This document shows positions 23,863 to 37,841 of a stretch of DNA of 64,000 nt, piece after piece; within the stretch, counting starts at the first letter, position 1, and the number at the start of each line of letters is the position of its first letter. Source of the DNA: Octopus vulgaris (lineage: Eukaryota); NCBI GenBank assembly GCA_951406725.2, contig OX597826.1, positions 1,364,001 to 1,428,000 of the forward strand. Direction: 5' to 3'. The notes beneath the pieces were generated by a model. The model did not search any database. It saw only the letters and a list, made by a program, of their open reading frames with translations, and was not told the DNA's origin. The position numbers and the translations under genes are program-made.

Positions 23863-26464
23863 GTATTTGATATACCTGTATTTATCTATGCTGTCCAAGT
23901 ACATGCCACAGGCCACTGAGTAATTTCTCTTAGTTCATTTTTGCTTATATATCAATATCTGTTTGTCTGTCTATATATGATGAGCTTCTGCGACCAAATT
24001 CCATTCGCATCATCATCATCATTTAACGTCTGTTTTCCAAGCTGGCAAGAGTTGGACAGCTTGACAGGAACTAGCAAAGCCAGGAGCTGCACCAAATTCC
24101 ATAGCCTGTTTTAGCTTGATTTCTACAGCTGGATGCCCTTCCTAATGCCAACCACTCTACAGAGTCTACTGGGTACTTTTTACATAGCACCAACACCAAA
24201 GCATTTTATGTGGTACCTTGGTTTTAGGATATCAATTCACATGATATTAGTAAATTCAAAGCTGTAGCACAAGACACTTTTTCAAGGTGCTATGAAGTTG
24301 CAAAGTGAATTTCTTAGCCACAAAGTTTGAAATTTATTTTCTTTCTAAGACACTAAAAGGTAGAAATAACTGAATCAACTGCACCCCCTGCCCCTCATTC
24401 CCTTACAATTTCTCCCCCGTCTTATGCTGTGGGTGAGTAAGTGGGAATAGAAATAGTAAATGATGGAGAGGTTAAAAAGAAAAGTTTTCTTAAAATCAAA
24501 ATAAGTTTAAATTGAAACAAGTTATACCTCTCACCGGCATAAATAGAAATAAAAGTAGTTATTCAAACACACCATCCCCTACTACAAAAGCTATTACAAA
24601 AGAGAGATATTTTTTCATAATATATGGCAGGATAAGAAATTAAAGAATTTTAAAGAAAAAGATGCATAGAATACATTATATTTATTTATTTATTTTTTTG
24701 TTTACTTATTATGAAGTTTATAAAATAGTTATAACAACAGCTAAACGTAACCACAGAGGGAATTGATAGATGGGAAGTCGGTGACAATGAAGAATGATAC
24801 AATGGATTTTGCTTTTCATAAATGACAAGGTCAAGAGAAGAAGGGAGAGACAAAGAAAGGATGAAAGAGAAAAAATCTGATCCTAGGATTCGAACACACA
24901 AAGGTCGACACCTAAAGTCCCTAACCATGCAAAAAAGCTTTCCAACTTTGGCACAAGGTCACCAATTTTGGCAGAGTAGAGGAATCAATGAATTAACCCT
25001 GTAAAAGACTAGACACAAAGCAAAGTAGAAGACTTCAATGTGATTTGAAACCCAAATGTAGAGAGATGTAAGTAAATGGTGCAAAGATTTTAGTCCAACA
25101 CTACCGTACCAGCCATTTCACTGCCCTAAATATACAAATACCCTAAATTATGTCTATGGTATGTTTCTTACAAATAAGAAATAATCCTTACTCTGTTATC
25201 CCTCGGCCACTCTGTCTTTGTGTGATATATATTTTCAGTTATGGTAGAATTAAAAACGAATCATACATGGGGTGTAAGATTTGAAACCTATTCTCATTGT
25301 CCGATGAACCATAAAGTGATAAAAACCACAGTCGACAAAGATATAGCATTTAAATACAGCTAGTTTTACTTTTCTTTTGATAGTGTTTCCAGCCTGAGCA
25401 AAACTTCCCAAACCTTCCTGCATGGATGCACACACACAAACACAGAGCTAAGTCACCAAACAACAAGAGCAATACATTATAATGTTTCTAAACCAACTCC
25501 TGTTCTCATGTCAAAAGCAATACATGGCACAATGAGTGTAACATATCTGGAATGCTGGTCAGGTGGGTTTACTTGATCAGCAACCTCACAGCCCGTTTAC
25601 AAATGCTTGAAGAGGACAGGCTGAAGCTACTCAACGTCAGATAACAGCAGCAAAAAAATTACTTTACGAATTCGCAGTTGCATTTAGTGGAACAGTTTGT
25701 TGTTGTGATATTTAGCAATCAATCAAGTTGTTGAGATGTGAAACAAAACAAACATAGAAGTAATCTTAAGGGTGAGTGTCCAAGTGTCTATCCACACTAC
25801 TGGGGTCAAGAATAGACTTCAGAAAAACCAAAAATTTTGTTCTGGATTGAAGCTCCAGACTTAATGTACAACTGATTTAGATTTACAGCTAATTCTATGC
25901 TGTCCCATTGTTGAGGGATTAAGTGTAGGAAATAAGAAAGAGGTCCAGAAAACCAAATTCTCTCACAAATATCATACCATCCATGGCAGCAATGAAAAAC
26001 TGAATTTTTTTAGCTTTTACTGCTTTCAGTCATTGGATTGTGACCAATCTGGAGGCACTGTCTTGAAGGCTGTAGTCAAAGAAACCAATCTCAGTACTTA
26101 TTGTAAGTCTGGTATTCATTCCATCAGTCTCTTCTAGACTGCTAAGTTATGAGAATGAAAACAAACCAACACTTGTCAAGTACTGGTGGGAGGACAAACA
26201 CACACACACACACAGAAGTTTCCACATAGTTTTCATTTACCATGTCCACTCAAAAGGCATTGGTTGGCCGGAGGTTATAGAAGACACTTGCCCAAGGTAC
26301 TGTGCTTTGGGGATGAACCCAAAACCATGTGGTTGAAAAGCTAGCTTCTTAACCACAAGCAAGGATGATATCCAAGTTTTGCGTAGGTGGAATAAATTTC
26401 GTGTCTTTCCCAAAAATATCATCATCATCAGCACTACCATCAGCACTAAAGCATAACGTACTAC

Positions 26465-26508
<44 letters not shown>

Positions 26509-27060
26509 TACAGTAAATAGTTCTTATCTGTCTGTGTTTCCAGTTCAAATCTCACTGGAGTTAACTGGCTTTCATCCTTTCAGTCAATAAAATAAATACT
26601 ATTCATACACTGAACCCTCCTCCTTCCTCTCCTACACATTTCTGGCCTTGTGCCAATATGAGAAATTATTATAAAAGCTGTCACAACATTGAAAACCGAG
26701 TCTCAGTAATTGCTTCTCGTAATTGCTTCTCCGATATTCCCAAATTGCTTCCACCCTGAAATGTTCTCTAGATTTTGTTAAGCTTCACGAGGTACAACAC
26801 TTTGCTGGAATATGAATGACATTGCAAGTGAGAGACGGCTACAGTCTTCAGAACTTTGGATAAAACACAGATATTGTGGAGACATATATATGGCTTAGTG
26901 GTTTAGGGTGTTGGACTCGTGAGTGTAAGATTGTGGTTTCAATTTCTGGACCAAGGAAAACATTTTTTTTTTGTTAAGCCAACCCACTCAGCTGATAAAA
27001 ATGAGTAATCCTGCGACAGACTGGAGTCCCATCCAAGAAGGAAGGAAGGAAGGAATACAT

Positions 27061-27096
<36 letters not shown>

Positions 27097-28399
27097 GCCA
27101 GAGAATTTGGGAAATTGGCTCTATGCTCCTTACAGAGTGATGCGGACTAGTCTAGAAATATTCCAACTTCCAAATTATTTGCAAAGACTATATTACCACA
27201 TTATAATGGCTTTGCCTCTCATGATACAAAACCACCACCACTACTACTACTACTACTACTGTCTACTCTCACTTAACTCCCAGGGCACACATATCAGGTC
27301 AGATCAGTTGAATACACAACATATGTCAGTTTGTAAAGTACTACAACACCTAACTTCTCATGAAACCCAACAGTGTTAACCTTTACTTCTTTACCTCCAC
27401 CACCACCACCACATCCACATCCATCTGTAACATTGATCACTTTCAAAATTTTATTGTTGATCAGATCAATTTTCCATTCAACAACAATGCACAGACTTTA
27501 TAGTTGCTCAGTTCCAGGTCAGCTCAGCTCTCACTGAGCAAACTTACGATCAAAATACGTTCCAGCCTCGACTATCACATCTTATTTTCAGTGTAGCTAA
27601 AGCATGGTGTGATTTGAGAGAAATTCAGCTTTTATATCTAACGGGTTGAGCAATAAACTTGGTAGTTTTCTTTGTTAGTACTAGTTTGAAGTTTTAGCAT
27701 TTCATCTGGCCATATCTGGCCCAAATATCCTGCCTGTTTTGTGTTAAAACTGACCAGATCCAACATCTTGCACCTACCCTACAATGTCACTCTAAAAATA
27801 TACAAACACAACATTGAAATTTTGAAGCTTCCAGCTAATGTGTAATTAATTCAAAACAATGTGAACCAGTGGTAAGAAGCTTTGCTTCCCAATGACATGG
27901 TTCTGATTTCAGTCCTATTGCGTGGCACCTTGGGCAAGTGTCTTCTACTATAGCCTTGGGCCAACCAAAACCTTGTGAGTGGATTTGGAAGACAGAAACT
28001 GAAAGAAGCCCATCGTATATAGCTGTGTGTGTGTGTCTATGTGTATCCCTCCACCATCACTTGACAACCGATGTTGGCGTGTTTACATCCCCGTAACTTA
28101 GTGGTTTGGCAAAAGAGGTTGATAGAATAAGTCCTGGGGTCAATTTCTTTGATTAAAAAATCCTTTAAGACTGTTCTCCAACATGGCTGCAGTCAAATGA
28201 CTGAAACAAATAAAAGAGTAAAAAAATAATAGATTTGACAAAGAAATCTGAATTGTAAAGTTGTAAAGCCCATCAGGTTGTTGAGTTGATTGGTTATTAG
28301 ACTGCCACCATCAGTCTCTGTCACTCAACACTGCATTATGATAGTAGTGAAAAAATTTAAGTCTCAAGAAATCCACCCAGTTTGCGTCATTTTATCTGT

Positions 28400-28735
28400 G
28401 AAGGTGCATAGTTCAATGGTTAGAGTATTGGACTCACAATCATGAGGTAGCAAGTTGGATTCCCCGATCAGGCAGTGTGCTGTGTTCTTGAGCAAGATGC
28501 TATATTTCACGTTGCTCCAGTTCACTCAGCTGTAGAAACGAGTTGCAACGTCACTCGTGCCAAGCTGTACTGGCCCCCTTTGCCTTTCCCTTGGATAATA
28601 TTGGTGGCGTGGAGAGAGGAGGCCGGTATACATGGGCAACTACTGGTCTTCCATAAATAACCTTGCCTGTACTTGTACCTTGGAGAAATTTCTAGGTGCA
28701 ATCCCATGGTCATTCATGACCAAAGGAGGTCTATT
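28400..28735 (+). mobile_element. tRNA-headed SINE family G (second copy at ~16295-16610, minus)
   Basis: ggtgcatagttcaatggttagagtattggactcacaatcatgagg...tgtgttcttgagcaagatgc...ggtgcaatcccatggtcattcatgac; reverse complement present at 16295-16610. Confidence 0.82.
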
Positions 28736-30739
28736 ACCCTTTATATGGATATTACAAAGTAGGAAGAGCCCACAGCTTAAAGCAGCAACACTGCTACAGT
28801 GACAAGTGTTTCATTCATAATGCAACTTATGTGAAAATAGCTTGGAGAAGAATGATCTCAATTAAGCTAACTTTTCCTAGGGAGAAAATACAAAGACCAA
28901 ATCTTCAGTGATGTCTCACAACCCAGTAAATTATAGGACTCACCAACAAGATGAGAGGAGCAAAGAAAATGAACTCTGCTTTGTAGAGGTAATTTGGTGA
29001 TTGTAGTAAAGATTGTAATATTAGACCAGGTTTAGAGTAAACTGGATTTGTTTTGTTTTCTTTTTCATAGATGCAAGGCCACAGTTTATGAGAAGAGATG
29101 AAATGAATGGCTGTCCATGTAATGTGAACAAGGAAAAGGTTCTCAGTTATAGACTTAGGTTTACCAGAAACTGGGCATAAATGGCCAAGCCTACTTTAGT
29201 TAATCACGAACCTCTATAGGAAAACAAAACTAAATTCAGCATAGCAGTATTATTTTAGAATCTGGAGAGGAAGGAATTTATGACAGTTTGTTAATTGAGA
29301 ACTAGGTGTGTTGTTTAATTGTAAGAGCACAGAAGAGAAAGGAAGACGGGAGGAGTAGAAATAGAGAGAGAGTGGGTAAGATATGAATGATGGACCAGAC
29401 AGAAATGGGGAGTGGAAATACATTCTTGAATCAGAATAAAATATAGACAGATATATAAAAATGCCAGATCTTGATTGACCTCAGATTTAAATAACCCAGA
29501 TTAAAGAAAATATAAACACATTTTGAGGGAAGATATTTTTTTTTTATCACAGCTAATTTGAATTCTTTTCAGATAAGAACAAACAACATTTCAGTATATT
29601 TGTTAATTTATTTTGCTATATTTATTTGTAACAATATCTAGTTTCTTTTATTGTTTTGCCTTTTTTTTTTAAAAAAAAAGAAATATACATCCTCACATAG
29701 GATTAATATTATTAGTAGTGGCAACAATAGTAATAGTGCTACAGGTGTTTCAATGAATATTTAAGATTGCACTAGCAGCCAGTACTTAAGCAATATGGCT
29801 AAGGCAGCATTAGATGAGGGTTGACTGGTGAAGGGTCGGATAAGGACTGGACATATAAACTGATTTTTTGCCATCAGTCATGGGATGAGCATAATACCAA
29901 CATCTCTTCACCAGACAGAGTCCAGAACAACCAATAAGCCCCCTACAATGACCACCACAATGCCAATTATGAAGTTTGAATCTTAAATCATCGAAACAGT
30001 TAAGGAATTTGACTCCAATGAGCTAGAACCAGTCACAAGTTGTAAACAAGTCTCCATCACTCCCAGGGGTACACAAATCCAGATTTTACAGAAAAAGTAA
30101 CGAATAAAAACACTTAACTACTAGTAGAAAAGAAAAAAATAATCAATCAGCTTATTACAATGGAATGAACACAATCCCCAGACACCCAAAATCCCCAGAC
30201 ACCCAAAATCAGTTGCTGAATTCAGATTTCTTGGTTCAGGAGTTAAAACTACTAAAACTTTATCTGAATCTTTGATCAGTAATGTTCCTTCTAAGCTAAG
30301 CAGATGCAACAGATATACCATCTATCAATGCACACAAATTTAAATAGATTTGTTTGTAAAACAGGTTCCATGCATCTTTAAAACACGTCACAATCTGTTA
30401 TATTTGCATTTCAATGCAGGTAACATTTAAGAGATACATGTCAAAAATTATCATTATATCACCCAAGTTAACCTACAGTTGCAACTTCATCATGAACATA
30501 TTTAGTCGTTTGGCAGGGAAAATGTGCATAGAAACAATTTAAAACATGATCAGTACATAAGATAAATAGTACAAAGAATATGCAAAGTGTAAAGCTAAAA
30601 GATACAGAAGAAAAATAAAGATGTAAAAATGCTAATTCCTTATTCAGTTATGTTTCTTATTTCACATCACTTTTCCGTGTAATTACTGTAGTTACTTAAG
30701 CGGATCGTTAACTCAATTTGATAAATGAAATTAACTTAC

Positions 30740-30788
30740 TTTTATCTTTAATCTGCTTCGAAATTCTTTTTTCCAATGAAAGCCATTG
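30740..30788 (-). CDS. Protein 4.1 homologue exon (49 nt, phase 0-1), FERM-N: QWLSLEKRISKQIKDK
   Basis: tttctatttcag acceptor and gtaagt donor. Matches the 4.1 segment xWLDxxKxIxKQ. The final A joins AT of the next exon to give N-VPW. Too short for the ORF track. Confidence 0.88.
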
Positions 30789-31529
30789 CTGAAATAGAAA
30801 ATAATTATAAACATGACTTAGTTACAAAAAAACAAAAAAACATCATTACAGATTTCTTTTGACGAGGTATTAAAGCAGAGAAGAACTATAAGTAATTTTA
30901 CTTTGGTACATTTGACTTACTTTGCTGTGAAGGAGATAGACCCAGTGACGAGTCTGATCCAAGACCAGTACACCCACCAAAGAGGCCGTAGAAAATCCAG
31001 TCCACTGGAAACCACCTTAGAAATCACCTTCAAAATATGATCCTTCAACCGACTGGTAATGGCTTGCAAACTGACACACTACAACCTCCATCCTGTAGAT
31101 GTTCAGCACTACCAATCCCCCTCCCCATTAACCCCTGAGACTGCAGAATGTCAACCCTCTAGAATTCCCTGGCTACTGATGTTTTCTTCCTTTTTTTTTT
31201 AACTCCTTCTTTCCTACAGGCATTAACACATATACATTTAAGCCATGCATCCATCGCACCAATCTAGGAAAATCTGCAAAGTTCATGGGCACTGTCCCTT
31301 CTTCCTGACAAAAGCATCAATAAATAAATGGAATGAAGGAATAAAAAAAAAAGAAATGCTTGTAATTTAAACCATTCTTTGATCTTGGTACACTCAAACA
31401 CACTTTGTAAAAATTTAATTATTTTTATTCTAATCAGAGAACATTTATTTTATTTCATCTAATTTGATTAACTTTTTCTTTTATGCATTTGTACAAAGCC
31501 ACATGCACACAACTAAATCAAATCCAGTC

Positions 31530-32680
31530 CATTTGGCAGGCATTTTGGTTTTATTGACCCCTGATGGAAAAAAGGTTAAGTCTTCAGCCCAACATGATGT
31601 GAACTTAAAAGTTGTGGAATTTAACTAAATATGCAAAGCATTTTGTCAATCACTCAAGAAATTCTGCCATTCTACCAACCAATAACAACAACAGTAGTAG
31701 TAGTAGTAATGATAATGGTTTCATATTTTCCCCCAAGGGCAGCAATTTTGAGGGAGGGGATAAACTGATTCCCTCAATGTTCAACTGGTACTTATTTTAT
31801 TGATCCCGAAAGGATGAAAGGCAAACTCAACTTCAGTGGAATTTGAACTCAGAACATGCAGACGGACGAAATGGCACTAAGCATTTCATCCACTGCACTA
31901 ACGACTCTCCGAGCTCGTTATGACAAAATAATAATAATAATAATTCTTTCTACCACAGGTACAAGGCCTGAAATTGGGGGTGAGGTGGGGGGCTTAGTCA
32001 TCAACCCTTGTATTCAAATTGTACTTATTTAATCAACCCCTCCCTGAAAGGACGAAGAGCAAAGTTAGCCTCAGCAGAATTTGAACTTAGAATGTAAAGA
32101 GAGACGTAATGCTTTGAAACATTTGGCCCAGTGCAATAACCATTCTGTCAGCTCGCTGACTTAATAATAATGGTTTCAAATTTTGGCACAAGGCCAGCAA
32201 TTTCAAGGGGAAGGGATTAAGTTGATTGCATCAACCCTAATGCTCAACTGGTACTTGTTTTACTGACCCCCAAAAGGATGAAAGGCAAAGAAAGTTAACC
32301 TTGGTGGAGTTTCAACTCAGAATGCAAAGCTGGAAGAAATGCTGCTAAGCACTTTCTCTGGCGAATCGGACAATTCTACCAGATTATCACTATGATGATG
32401 ATGATGATGATGATTTAAGCACAAAGTCAGCAATTTAGATGGGAGGTGGGTTAGCTGATACCCGGAATCTTAGATAAAGGCCCTGAAATCTAACAAAGGG
32501 GGTGTTTGTTGATTAAAGTAGACCCACTCCAGTATTTGGCCAGTTATATACTTTATCCCACCCCCAGTGAAGGGGTGAAAGGCAAAGTTGATTTTGGCAT
32601 GATTTGAACTCATGATTTGAAGGAGCTGGAACAAATATAGTAAAACAGTTTGCCTGATGCTCTAACAATTTTGCCAAAAA
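31530..32680 (-). mobile_element. Head-to-tail cluster of about 5 SINE family B units
   Basis: Recurring gaaaggatgaaaggcaaag / atttgaactcagaa core separated by AAT/AGT/GAT triplet tracts. Confidence 0.82.
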
Positions 32681-33794
32681 ACTTGCAAGTTGTGGTGGTT
32701 AGGAGTTTTTATACCTGTATCTTTATTTTTTTTTTTACTTGTTTCAGTCACTGGACTGCGGTCATGCTGCAGCAAAGCCTTGAATGGCTTAGTTGAACAA
32801 ATCAACTGCTAATATCTTTTCTATTGGTCTCTTTTGCCAAACCACTAAGTTATGGGGAATGTAAACAAACAAACATCAACTGTCAAGTAGTGGTGGAGGG
32901 GACAAGCACAAACACACATTTTATATATATATATATATTTTGGAAGGCAAGCTTCTTACAGTTTCAGTCTAACAGACCTAACCACAAGGCATTCATTGGC
33001 CTAGGGCTATAGTAAAAGCTTGCCCATGGTGCCAAGCAGCGGGACTGAACCCAAGGTCACATGGTTGGGATACAAGCTTATTAACCACATAGTCACGCCT
33101 ACACATTTCACTATTTTTCAACTTCTATTCAACAAATAAAGGGGGAAAAAAACGTGCTAAACAGTACGTACTAAGTGGGCCGAGTACTTGCAGGCCATGT
33201 TTGCGTTTGTAAGCTGAGTGTAAGTAACTGTTGTGCATATTACACACACACACACCTTTCATTGCCATCCCACACCAGTTCACTGTTTAATAAAGAGGTC
33301 ACTATCAAGCCAGGCTTTTATCTGACTAATCCTCCTCAACTGTTAGGCTGGATGGAAATAATAGCTTATTCAGGTCACCCCCCTAACCTCCACTACATGA
33401 ATGGCAACTTGTTTTTCTTTTGCTTCTTTCCCAATATAACAATCAACCTAAAAATATTTGAGAAGGTTTGAGAAATGCTATAAAAAGATAGCAGAGAAAA
33501 AGAAGATAAAACTATCTGCATAAACTAAGACTCTTGAGTTAGAAATTAACGTGAGATTTGAGATTTCTGATATAAACTTTCTCAGAAGCTCAGGTTTATA
33601 GAATCTCTCTTACACAGCCATAAACCAATTTATGGACGATTTTCATAGATTTTCTTTCATTTACTACAGGAAAAATAAAGCTGTTACTTTCCTAAGGCTA
33701 CGTGTTATTGTGTACACAATTTGGAAACAATACCAAGTCAGTTTCTCGTAAATAGTGTGTGTGTGTGTGTATATAGTCAATTCAAATTAATGTG

Positions 33795-34180
33795 TTGTAA
33801 GTAGCTTGCTTACCAACCACATGGTTCCGGGTTCAGTTCCACTACGTGGCACCTTAGGTAAGTGTCTTCTATAGCCTCGGGCCAACCAAAACCTTGTGAG
33901 TGGATTTGGTAGATGGAAACTGATAGAAGCCCATCGTGTGTGTGTATATATATATGTGTGTGTGTGTGAACGTATATGTGTGTGTGTGTGTCTGTGTTTG
34001 TGCCCCCTCAACATCCCTTGACAACCGATGCTGGTGTGTTTATGTGCCCGTTACTTAGCTGTTCGGCAAGAGAGACTGATGGAATAAGTACTAGGCTTAC
34101 AAAGAATAAGTCCTGGGGTTGATTTGCTTGACTAAAGGCGGTGCTCCAGCATGGCTGCAGTCAAATGAGTGAAACAAATA
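33795..34180 (+). mobile_element. SINE family A, plus-strand copy (others at ~27870-28220 and ~53990-54360)
   Basis: Reverse complement of the family A copies: gtaagtagcttgcttaccaaccacatggttccgggttcag...ggtgctccagcatggctgcagtcaaatga. Confidence 0.88.
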
Positions 34181-36535
34181 AAAATGTGAGGATGTGCACA
34201 AGAAATGTATTATCTTGACACTCAGTGAAAGAGAGTTTGAGGTTTCGAGCATAGCTCTTTGTTGGAAAGGAGAAAGGGAAAAGTCCAAAGATGGAGTAGA
34301 AATCACCAAGGCACACTTGTTACATTGCCATATATATATATAATGTGTGACGAAGAACACGGTCAATGCTAAAAGAGGAGAGATATAGTTGATTAAATAA
34401 TACTAGTACCATAAGTGGTGCTCATTTCATTAATACTATCATGATGAGACGAAACCAACTCTGTAGATATTGAAAGATATTTAATTGCCATCTGTAAGAA
34501 TTTGATTTTCTGTTCCTACCAAACTCACCTCACCTTTACAATTACAGATGATTCTAAAAGGAGTTTTTTCTTTTTAATTTTTATTTCTCTTCTCATGTTT
34601 TCCATCAATTTTATTAATGCCAACAAGGAAAGGACGGTTTCATCCAAATTTAGACATTTGCATAGAACAAGTTCCAATGAAGCATCTACCATCAGGCAAA
34701 CAGAATTAATGTCTTGCTAAGCAGGGCATGACACAAAGACTTGCTTGTCACTATCAATCCCAGGTCGTTCTTGGTTGAACAGACCCATGATCAAAGGTTC
34801 AATCATGGTCCCTCTGTCTTTCATTCAGACATAGTATACCTTATCCAATTAACCCCAAATGGTTTGTGATATGAGGGGGATTTAACTACAATTTCTTACA
34901 GGCCAAGCAATCACACAACCTTTTCCATTTGCTTGTTCACATATAGTTTTTATGCTGGAATGGTTTTGCTGGTTTTGCAATACAACAGACGTCTCTCTCT
35001 CTCTCTCTCTCACTTGTGAATAAATAAGAAATGTTACTCAAAAGAACCTGTGCATCATGTACCAGTTCACCATAAACTGGTGCTGTCCTTGGGGACATGG
35101 TTCAGTTTGGCATTTTTAACTGTGAATAACCTTCATATTACCAACAAGCACAAGCACTGGGGTTGATGTAATCGACTTAATCCCTTTGTCCCCTCTATGT
35201 TTAGCCCCTTGTGGGCAGTAAAGAAATAAGAAGCATAAGAGGAATTATCTTAAAAGGCTACACTCAATGCTTATAGAAATGAATAAAAAGAAACAAGAAA
35301 ATTTGATGTATAAACCGAAAAAGATTCTTTCCTTGAATCTTTGATCAATAATCTTATGAAAGCCAGAAATATGAGGAGAGAAATTCAAAAGTGACATTGA
35401 ACAACTTCAGTTGCAAAGTTAACCAGCAAACAAGCTATTCTTAAAAGGTATTAGTGAAAAAGGTATTACGCAAAATGTAATGAGAGAAAGACAAGGGAGG
35501 AAAAGCTATGTGATACAATGTGTGCAGTACATTGAAATTTCATTATTTGACCACAACAAAGAAAGATACAGACAATAGCAAATGAGTAAACATATTTGCA
35601 TTGAGCTTCTCTGTACAATGCCACCCTTGGATACAATTGAAAGAAGTGTAATGTAATACTGAGAGAAAATAAATCTTAACAGCCCCACTCTCTCACTGTT
35701 ACTACATCATGTTGTGACCCACAACATACACACAACCAGCCAATGAATGCAATCGGAAACTCTGCAGTAACGAAGAAAAAGAAAAACCTGTTCAAATCTA
35801 AAGTAAACTTGATAGATTTATTGGTTTCTTTTTACTTGCTTTACATTAAAAATCCATTGGTAAACACGGAATTGCATAAATTAGAAGAGAAAACCAATTC
35901 CAGCTGTTACTACTGCTTATAACACTGATGATGGTGAAAGGTTTTTTGAGCTGAGATGTGTCTGGTCTATCATCCAAATTTAGTGTAATGGCCTTGTAGT
36001 TGTGGTTAGCGTGTGATTGGTCAAAGCTTATTGATGGGTCAGCAGAATAAAAACCGAATCAGTAACACAAACCATGACTATTAATGAGCTTTTACTTAGA
36101 TACACATGCATGCACAGGATCTATGACCAAAGATATATAGAGACAATGTCATGAGAACCTTCTGGTTAAAAGATTGAATTCAAACACTGATGCTTATGTC
36201 CTCACAATAGAACTGTTAGTCTTATCAAGATAATTGCTTTGAACTGTTTTAAACAAGTTTTTAGCAATAAGGACTATTTTAAAAGATACAAATATTACAT
36301 TCTACCATTTTGAGATCATCATCAAACATCCATTTACTGACATTGCTAATTAATAATTACTGGAAAATCAATTTTGAAATCAAACTTTGATATAGAAGTC
36401 TTTTTCTTGTCTTCTCTTTATAAAAGGACTGGCTATGTTCAAACAAGTATGTTTGTGCCCCCCTTCAGTTTAAGATTTCATGCAGCAGGGGTCTCTAAGT
36501 ATCTCCATCCCTCAAGACTTTACTATCATATAGAC

Positions 36536-36827
36536 CAGTGGTTCTTAACCAGTGGCCATATCACCCTTGGGGGTCCATATGGACTTTGGGGGTCTATAAT
36601 GGACCTTGGGGCTTTATATGGCCTTGGTGGGGTCCATATATTTTGTTAAAATTTATCAGCAATGTATTGTTTATACTTCAATAATACACAAAATATTTTA
36701 ATTACTTTTATACAATTCCTAACGATATTCAATTAGATGTTTTTAACAATGAATGGTTTGGAGGACCCATCTGAGTAAAATAGGAAACAAAGGGGTCCAA
36801 AGGGAAAAAAATGGTTGTGAACCACTG
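36536..36827. mobile_element. hAT (Charlie-like) MITE with 8-bp TSD
   Basis: TIRs CAGTGGTTCTTAACCA / TGGTTGTGAACCACTG; flanks ATATAGAC and ATACAGAC (7/8 match). Confidence 0.85.
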
Positions 36828-37792
36828 ATACAGACTATCTTAGCTATTTCAACAGTATCATTTGTAACAGTCTATTAATATATCTTTTCTGGTTTAACGA
36901 GATTTTCAAACAATATACAGCATGAAATGGAAAATTCGTATTTTTTTTTATATAAATGCAGAATGAAAGCAAATAAAGAGTTGTCACAAGTCAATGAGGA
37001 ACCACTATGTGGCTGTTCAACATGCTAGAAACAACAGCCAAATCACCCCTAAAATTATACCATCCTAGCTTTAAAAAGAAGGTGTTAGATAATGTCTCCT
37101 GAAGTACACTTTATAGGTCACTGTTAGCAGCAGTAGCACCACCACAGCCACTGCCACCACCACCCCTGGGGCTTTGAGAACAAGTATTTAGCCAGGTCAG
37201 CATATTCTATCCAAACTAATCCAAATGAAATCTAAACAAAAAGTAAGACTTTGAAGTTGTACTTGTGCGGCAGGTGAATGACTTGGTCTGAGATTGAGGT
37301 GTTGAGACTGAACCAATTGCACTGAGGAAGAGATGTGACATCCATTTAAAATACAAACAGATGCACATAGCCATGGATAGCTGCGGGATTTAGTAATTCA
37401 CTTCTTTCTTTCTTTTTTTTAAGATCTGTTTCAGTCATTTGACTGCAGCCATGCTGGGGCACCGCCTCAAAGGGTTTGAGTTGAATAAATCAGCCCCTGT
37501 ACTTTTTTTAATGCCTAGTACTTATTGTATTGCTCTCTTTTGCCAAACTGTTAAGTTATGGGGGACATAAACACACCAACACCAGTTGTCAGGCAGTGGT
37601 GGGAGACAAACAGACAGACACAAAGACACACACACATAATGGGCTTCTTTCAATTTCTGTTAACCAAATCCACTCATAAGGCTTTGGTCGGCCTGAAGCT
37701 ATAGTAGAAGACACTTACCCAAGGTGCCATGCAGTGGGACTGAGCCAGGAGCAATGTGGTTGGGAAGCAGGCTTCTTACCACTCAGCCAGGC

Positions 37793-37799
<7 letters not shown>

Positions 37800-37838
<39 letters not shown>
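37800..37838. repeat. (GT/CA)n microsatellite; similar tracts at ~11272-11302, 14970-15005, 26469-26506, 58826-58860 and 63299-63332
   Basis: Directly visible. Confidence 0.95.

Positions 37839-37841
<3 letters not shown>

Larger units (their letters stand above)
370..30788 (-). other. Partial gene span: protein 4.1 / coracle (band 4.1, EPB41-family) FERM-FA protein, 9 exons visible
   Basis: Nine GT-AG exons with matching phases give one open frame: [81 protein letters not shown]...[69 protein letters not shown]...LWKTCVEHHTFFRL...GSKFRYSGRTQ. These are hallmark 4.1-family motifs. Confidence 0.96.

Noticed and set aside
24882-24932. tRNA-like B box (GTTCGAATCC) on the minus strand
   Set aside because: No cloverleaf can be built; at most a decayed SINE head. 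The same applies to the SINE heads elsewhere, so no tRNA gene is called.
30176-30210. 17-bp direct duplication ccccagacacccaaaat x2 (also 13-bp gtaattgcttctc x2 at ~26706-26731)
   Set aside because: Simple local slippage duplications with no further structure.
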